In this document: positions 57,614 to 61,997 of the stretch, in pieces
Layout: each line of letters opens with the position of its first letter
Position numbering within the stretch: position 1 is the first letter of the stretch
IMG/VR virus record: IMGVR_UViG_3300027848_000021
Coordinates: 1-61,997 of that record
DNA: 61,997 bases
Source: a virus
Lineage: Duplodnaviria > Caudoviricetes
Direction: 5' to 3' (one strand)
Translations under genes and position numbers: made by a program
Notes under the pieces: model-generated
Seen by the model: only the letters and a program-made list of their open reading frames with translations
The model's database searches: none
Told to the model about the DNA's origin: nothing

Positions 57614-59591
57614 TGATACCTCAGACATGCCGTGCTGTCCCGGCGTAGAGATTGGTGCCAGCGTCACCGTGACGCGCGTTGTATACAAAGACGGAAATAC
57701 CGTAGACCAGAAATCGTTTGTTCGCTCATATCGAAAACTCACGCCCCAAACCGTGGCGTACAAGGCTCTATCAAAACGAAACGGCAATGCTCGTAGGGAT
57801 ACGCAACGCGTATCTATCGAATCGGGGATTCAGGTTAAGGCTCGGGTGGCGTCGACCTTGCGCTCTCTTCTCATCCCTGGAGATACCGACCCACTTAAAT
57901 CCCCTATCCGCTCCGCGGTATCTCGTATTCTTACCCCCGGCAAGCCGAGCATCTCGGGGTCTTTTCCAACAAAGCCGAACCGCGGTTACCGTTGTCCCGA
58001 GGGTTATCAATACGGTGGACGTTTTACCGACTCGCGTTTATCGACATGTGGTCTGAAATTATTTGACATACCATCCCCGCTCGGCTTACTAATCAGCGCG
58101 ATTCGTAGGGCTGGAAGAAACGCGGTTGGAGCGAATACGTACGGTAAGCCGCTCACCCCCGGAACGCCAATAGTAGACCCGGTTACACGCAAGCCACAGA
58201 TACCGCGCGTGTCTCTGGACAACGGACGCGCCGTCGATATTTCCATCAAGGAAATGGCCAGGCAGATGCGGTCGCATAACGGTACGGCCGTCAGGCTAGT
58301 TCGGCGAGATGGATTTGTTCTGGAGCCGGTCGTCTCGGCTAAGGTGTTGCGGGCGATACCGGACAGTCGCGACATGGAAAATGGAACATACCTGCTCAAC
58401 GTAATGAACCCCGAGGAGATTGGCGGTGAAGAGCTAGGGCTCTTGTCGAATACCGGAATAAAATCATTAAGGTACATCACCCCCAACGGTTCAATTTTCA
58501 CCCTAGAGAAAGTACGCCTTCTAGAAATCGGTGAGCGCCGTAAATTGGGCCGAACAGTCAATTCATCTATGACTATTGATAATTCAAAAGACCCATTGGC
58601 CAGGCTCAAGGCCGTTGCATCAGAAACGGGTAACGGGCTTCGATTTAGCGAAGACCTTATCGGAACCGTCAGTGAAATATTTAAACGCCGTAAGGGTGGC
58701 AAAATTGCCGCGCCGGAAGACGTCGATGCGGATAAGGACGTCGCCAAAACCGACAGAACCAAACTAATCGACAGCATCGGGGCCGCCATCGCGCACATCG
58801 CTGATGGCGGGAGTCTTGCTGATATATCACCGGAGATACTTGCCGAGTTATTGTCTAAAAATCAAAGTATTCGAACGCAAAAACTCTCCCGACATGAAGC
58901 CCTGTCGGTGGCCGGTACCTCGCGTTATTTGCTGCACACATCGCCGGGCGAGATGGACTACATCGACGAGATGTACTCAGCGGCAGTCCAAAGGCACCTT
59001 GGCCTCAACGCGCCGCGTATTATCCCGGTTGGGAAAGCTGACGGCCGCAGAGAATACTTCCGAGAGGATGTGGAAACCGCGCTTGCTGGGTCGAAATTTA
59101 ACCCCGATGCCACATTCCAAAGCCTCCTCCCGAATGACGTAGCCAGCATGATGATTGCGGACATGCTGACCGACCAAATTGACCGTCCGCTTACATCCGT
59201 GTATGCGATGGAAATGGATGGGGCCACCCGACCGATGCTCGCCAACAACACGGTCTCTCAACTAACCGATTTAAGTAAAATCGAAATTACAAAACGCTCC
59301 GAAATGTCTATAGACAGACTGTATCGGTTGACCGGAATGACAAAATATTCCGAATACTACGGCAATTTATCGCGAGACCAGCAACGGGCCTACATGCTTA
59401 TAATAGCTTCGCTGCTTGAAGCGGCGCGCAAATGGAATTCCGCAAAGTACGCACGCAGTCTTGACAAATATGCTTTAAACGATAACGAAAGACACGCGCT
59501 GGCCATCCGCAAAACAATTTTTGACGGTCGATTAAGTACCCTGATGGGCGGCAAGCGAAGGCTTGCGGAATTATTTCGAGGAGAATCATGA
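57594..59591 (+). CDS. Multidomain protein: RCPxG motif, degenerate JAB-like and HipA/PI3-4-kinase-like domains
   Basis: EMYSAAVQRHLGLNAP...DMLTDQIDRP; domain calls tentative. Confidence 0.65.
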   Translation: MVKMYINDTSDMPCCPGVEIGASVTVTRVVYKDGNTVDQKSFVRSYRKLTPQTVAYKALSKRNGNARRDTQRVSIESGIQVKARVASTLRSLLIPGDTDPLKSPIRSAVSRILTPGKPSISGSFPTKPNRGYRCPEGYQYGGRFTDSRLSTCGLKLFDIPSPLGLLISAIRRAGRNAVGANTYGKPLTPGTPIVDPVTRKPQIPRVSLDNGRAVDISIKEMARQMRSHNGTAVRLVRRDGFVLEPVVSAKVLRAIPDSRDMENGTYLLNVMNPEEIGGEELGLLSNTGIKSLRYITPNGSIFTLEKVRLLEIGERRKLGRTVNSSMTIDNSKDPLARLKAVASETGNGLRFSEDLIGTVSEIFKRRKGGKIAAPEDVDADKDVAKTDRTKLIDSIGAAIAHIADGGSLADISPEILAELLSKNQSIRTQKLSRHEALSVAGTSRYLLHTSPGEMDYIDEMYSAAVQRHLGLNAPRIIPVGKADGRREYFREDVETALAGSKFNPDATFQSLLPNDVASMMIADMLTDQIDRPLTSVYAMEMDGATRPMLANNTVSQLTDLSKIEITKRSEMSIDRLYRLTGMTKYSEYYGNLSRDQQRAYMLIIASLLEAARKWNSAKYARSLDKYALNDNERHALAIRKTIFDGRLSTLMGGKRRLAELFRGES

Positions 59592-60346
59592 GAACATTTT
59601 CAGTAGTTAGTGACGCTATACGTGACACCCCATACGCCGTAGTCATTTCGGACAACGACAACGTCACGTTCCATGGCCTACATCAACACGGCAGAGAGTG
59701 GGCCGCTATCGCATCGAAGGCCCTGGCGAATGGCGACACCGTAGTTTACCCCGACGGAGTTACGCGAAGTCGGTCTACCGAAATGAGCGAGACTCTGTTT
59801 AAGACCTTTTTCCAATCGAATCAGCCGATGGGGGAGTATGCTCCGGAATCGAGCGGCATAGCAGACGGTTTGCGTAGGCTTTCATTAAACCATAAATCGT
59901 TCCGCGGTAGAACACGCACGCAACAGGCCGAGAAATCGGGTGCTCATAGGATTATGGAGGTTCCGATTCGTGACGTTGGGTCCGGTCAAAAGAAATCCGC
60001 CGTGGCATACAAGGCACGAACATTTAAACTTGACGCCAGAATAAGCTCCTGTATTGGGGAGATTAAGCAAAACGGGTACGGGTTTAGCTCGGAGAACAAC
60101 GTATTTAAACAGCGCTTCCCGAGTACCGCAAGCGAATACGCGTCAGCGGTGATGATGGACACTGGTGGTCAGGGCCCAATGAGGCGATTTGGTCGTTCGG
60201 CTAATGAGCAGATGAAAACGCAGGCGTCTGGCCGGCGGGCTGCCAGGCATGCCAAAATGCTTAGTCGCAATGGGCATCAAGGTGAAGAATCCGGATTGAG
60301 AAAACGAAAAGTTCAGGCCATGCAAAAAAGACTTAGGAAGTTATAA
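59588..60346 (+). CDS. Hypothetical protein with basic C-terminus
   Basis: GAGGAG RBS; ATGA overlap. Confidence 0.65.
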   Translation: MRTFSVVSDAIRDTPYAVVISDNDNVTFHGLHQHGREWAAIASKALANGDTVVYPDGVTRSRSTEMSETLFKTFFQSNQPMGEYAPESSGIADGLRRLSLNHKSFRGRTRTQQAEKSGAHRIMEVPIRDVGSGQKKSAVAYKARTFKLDARISSCIGEIKQNGYGFSSENNVFKQRFPSTASEYASAVMMDTGGQGPMRRFGRSANEQMKTQASGRRAARHAKMLSRNGHQGEESGLRKRKVQAMQKRLRKL

Positions 60347-60348
60347 CC

Positions 60349-60930
60349 ATGTCAAAAAACACAACAGTGACCGGCAAAATTGAGGCACTTCGTTTAGCGG
60401 AACAAATCGGATGCTCCGGTGCGCATCAGCATGACGATGGGGGCTGGATGCCCTGCGTTTCGCATGAAATAATGACCCAACTGTCTAAAAAGGGAAGAAA
60501 AAAGATAGGGAAAAGAAAACGACAAGAATGGGAGATGCTGAGAGAGATGCCGATTGGGTCAATTAGCACCATTGAGGGCGGGGGGCTAGTGTCGGGACCG
60601 GCAATGTCAAAATCCGCCGACTTCAAAGGCCCAGAATCGGTACGGGACAATGACCCCGATGTTTTTCTTGACCCCGAGTCGGCGCGATTTAGGTCACGTC
60701 AACTGGGGTGCATTGGGATAAGCAGGAGGTCTTCGACGTCAGGGAGAATCGTGTGGATGCCTTGCACGAATATGTCAGACTATGCGTCTCGGACTGGTTC
60801 CACCGCACTTGGTCGCCGAAATCAGCGCAGAGCTATGGAGAATGTTGTTCGTACGGTTCTGTCAAGAGAAAAGGCAAAGCTTAAGCGAAAAGTGGTACTA
60901 CACGTAGAGCTAAATCAAAACGAGATTTAG
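60349..60930 (+). CDS. Protein with two GCxG...WMPC repeats (DUF3721-like)
   Basis: IGCSGAH...WMPC and LGCIG...WMPC. Confidence 0.72.
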   Translation: MSKNTTVTGKIEALRLAEQIGCSGAHQHDDGGWMPCVSHEIMTQLSKKGRKKIGKRKRQEWEMLREMPIGSISTIEGGGLVSGPAMSKSADFKGPESVRDNDPDVFLDPESARFRSRQLGCIGISRRSSTSGRIVWMPCTNMSDYASRTGSTALGRRNQRRAMENVVRTVLSREKAKLKRKVVLHVELNQNEI

Positions 60931-60967
60931 GATAATTATTTACACACTTTAGTGTTGATAATAAAGT

Positions 60968-61001
60968 AGTTGCACTACGGGAAATTATTCTCTGTTACCG
61001 T
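60968..61001 (+). promoter_or_regulatory. Promoter: AGTTGCACTACGGGAA element + TGTTACCGT extended -10
   Basis: Upstream of the major capsid gene; shared motif. Confidence 0.55.
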
Positions 61002-61075
61002 ATACAGGTAGGGCTGGGTGCTTACCTAAGCCGGATAGCAAGTCAACCCACCCATTAAAAAAATAGGAGCACAAA

Positions 61076-61997
61076 ATGTCGCAAGACAATGCAAGAGTTA
61101 CCGAGCTGCAATCAGCTCTCCGTGGCAAGATGGCCGACAATAAAGCCATTGCCGATTCATTCGTCGTAGAGAACGGCACCGTCGTTGTATCTACCGAGCA
61201 GAAGTCAGCGTTTGACAAGAACATGACTGACATCAAGGAAATCAAAAGCCTCATCGATGGCATGCAAACAATGGACAGTGTCGACGCGTGGGCATCAGCT
61301 CCAGCAGCGACAGTTGCCGGCGAGTTTGCGGCAGCATCAGCACAAGTCGCTCAGCTTTCGTCACGCGAAATTAAGACTGTTGGCGAACAGTTCCTGGATT
61401 CCCCGGAGTTCAAGTCACTCGCAAACGGCCGTAATGGCGCAAACATGGTTGCCGCATGGCAAGCAAATGCCTCGTTCCATGGCCTGAGCCAGAAGGACGT
61501 TTACACCGCATTGCCAACCGGCACCCCGGGCAGCTTTGGCACAATTCAGCGCGATGCGATGGTGACACCGCCGACACGCACGAAGCGTGTCCGTGACTTG
61601 TTCCCATCCCGCACCACGACAGCCGCGGTCATTGAGTACTTCCGTCAAGTCGGCTTTACTTCTCTCGGAGAAGCAACGACCGTCGGTGGTTCACGTAGTG
61701 CGGTACCGTCGAATGCCGCAGCGGCAGTCGCTCAGCGGACAGCCGATGACTCGGCCTTCGCCGCGAAACCAACATCTGGATTCCAGTTTGTTGGTGAGCA
61801 AGCAGCAGTTCGCACCCTCGCGCACTGGGAAGCTGCACACAGAAACGTTCTCGCCGATGAGCCGCAGTTGCGCTCAATCATCGACAACGAGCTCATGTAC
61901 GGTCTTCGTTTGCTCGAAGACAACCAAATTCTGAACGGCAACGGCTCGGGCGAAAACCTGCGCGGTGTCCTTCAGACACCAGGTATCCAGACCTACA
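61076..61997 (+). CDS. HK97-fold major capsid protein (3'-partial; not in ORF track)
   Basis: AGGAG RBS; RVRDLF, VRTLAHW, LRSIIDNELMYGL, EDNQILNGNGSGENLRG closely parallel HK97 gp5. Confidence 0.95.
   Translation, partial: MSQDNARVTELQSALRGKMADNKAIADSFVVENGTVVVSTEQKSAFDKNMTDIKEIKSLIDGMQTMDSVDAWASAPAATVAGEFAAASAQVAQLSSREIKTVGEQFLDSPEFKSLANGRNGANMVAAWQANASFHGLSQKDVYTALPTGTPGSFGTIQRDAMVTPPTRTKRVRDLFPSRTTTAAVIEYFRQVGFTSLGEATTVGGSRSAVPSNAAAAVAQRTADDSAFAAKPTSGFQFVGEQAAVRTLAHWEAAHRNVLADEPQLRSIIDNELMYGLRLLEDNQILNGNGSGENLRGVLQTPGIQTY

Noticed and set aside
1-61997. tRNA, rRNA, integrase or IS elements
   Set aside because: None recognisable by eye; intergenic gaps are short. A tRNA scan was not possible.

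Overview
The window is about 62 kb of a tailed dsDNA phage genome (myovirus: sheath, tube, baseplate, HK97-fold capsid). An actinobacterial host is likely by inference, from TGnTAnnnT promoters, apparently leaderless starts and actinophage-type motifs. 1-5145 (+): small overlapping ORFs built from shared 'VDIVAEMR...EVERL' blocks. 5121-24063 (-): tail, baseplate and neck operon ending in a (PPFF)n/Cys-rich protein, a GT60-like glycosyltransferase and a truncated 2OG-oxygenase-like gene. 24067-35619 (-): basic proteins, PAPS-reductase and ParB genes, HNH genes, RuvC, PD-(D/E)XK, Rad52-like, and a terminase with a Pro1 class-3 intein. 35682-61997 (+): portal, ~23 kb of giant multidomain head-region proteins, then the major capsid gene (truncated). 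Best candidate for an undescribed system: the prohead protease is the N-terminus of a ~3,250-aa polyprotein (interrupted by one in-frame TAA). Its cargo modules (two pentapeptide repeats, ArdC plus metallopeptidase, UvrD helicase and others) are delimited by about 17 synonymously diverged [KR]-[LF]-S-S-G-like motifs, which also occur in a second 2,287-aa protein and the tape measure. This suggests a cleavage code for capsid-delivered anti-host cargo. All family calls come from reading motifs by eye; no searches were run.
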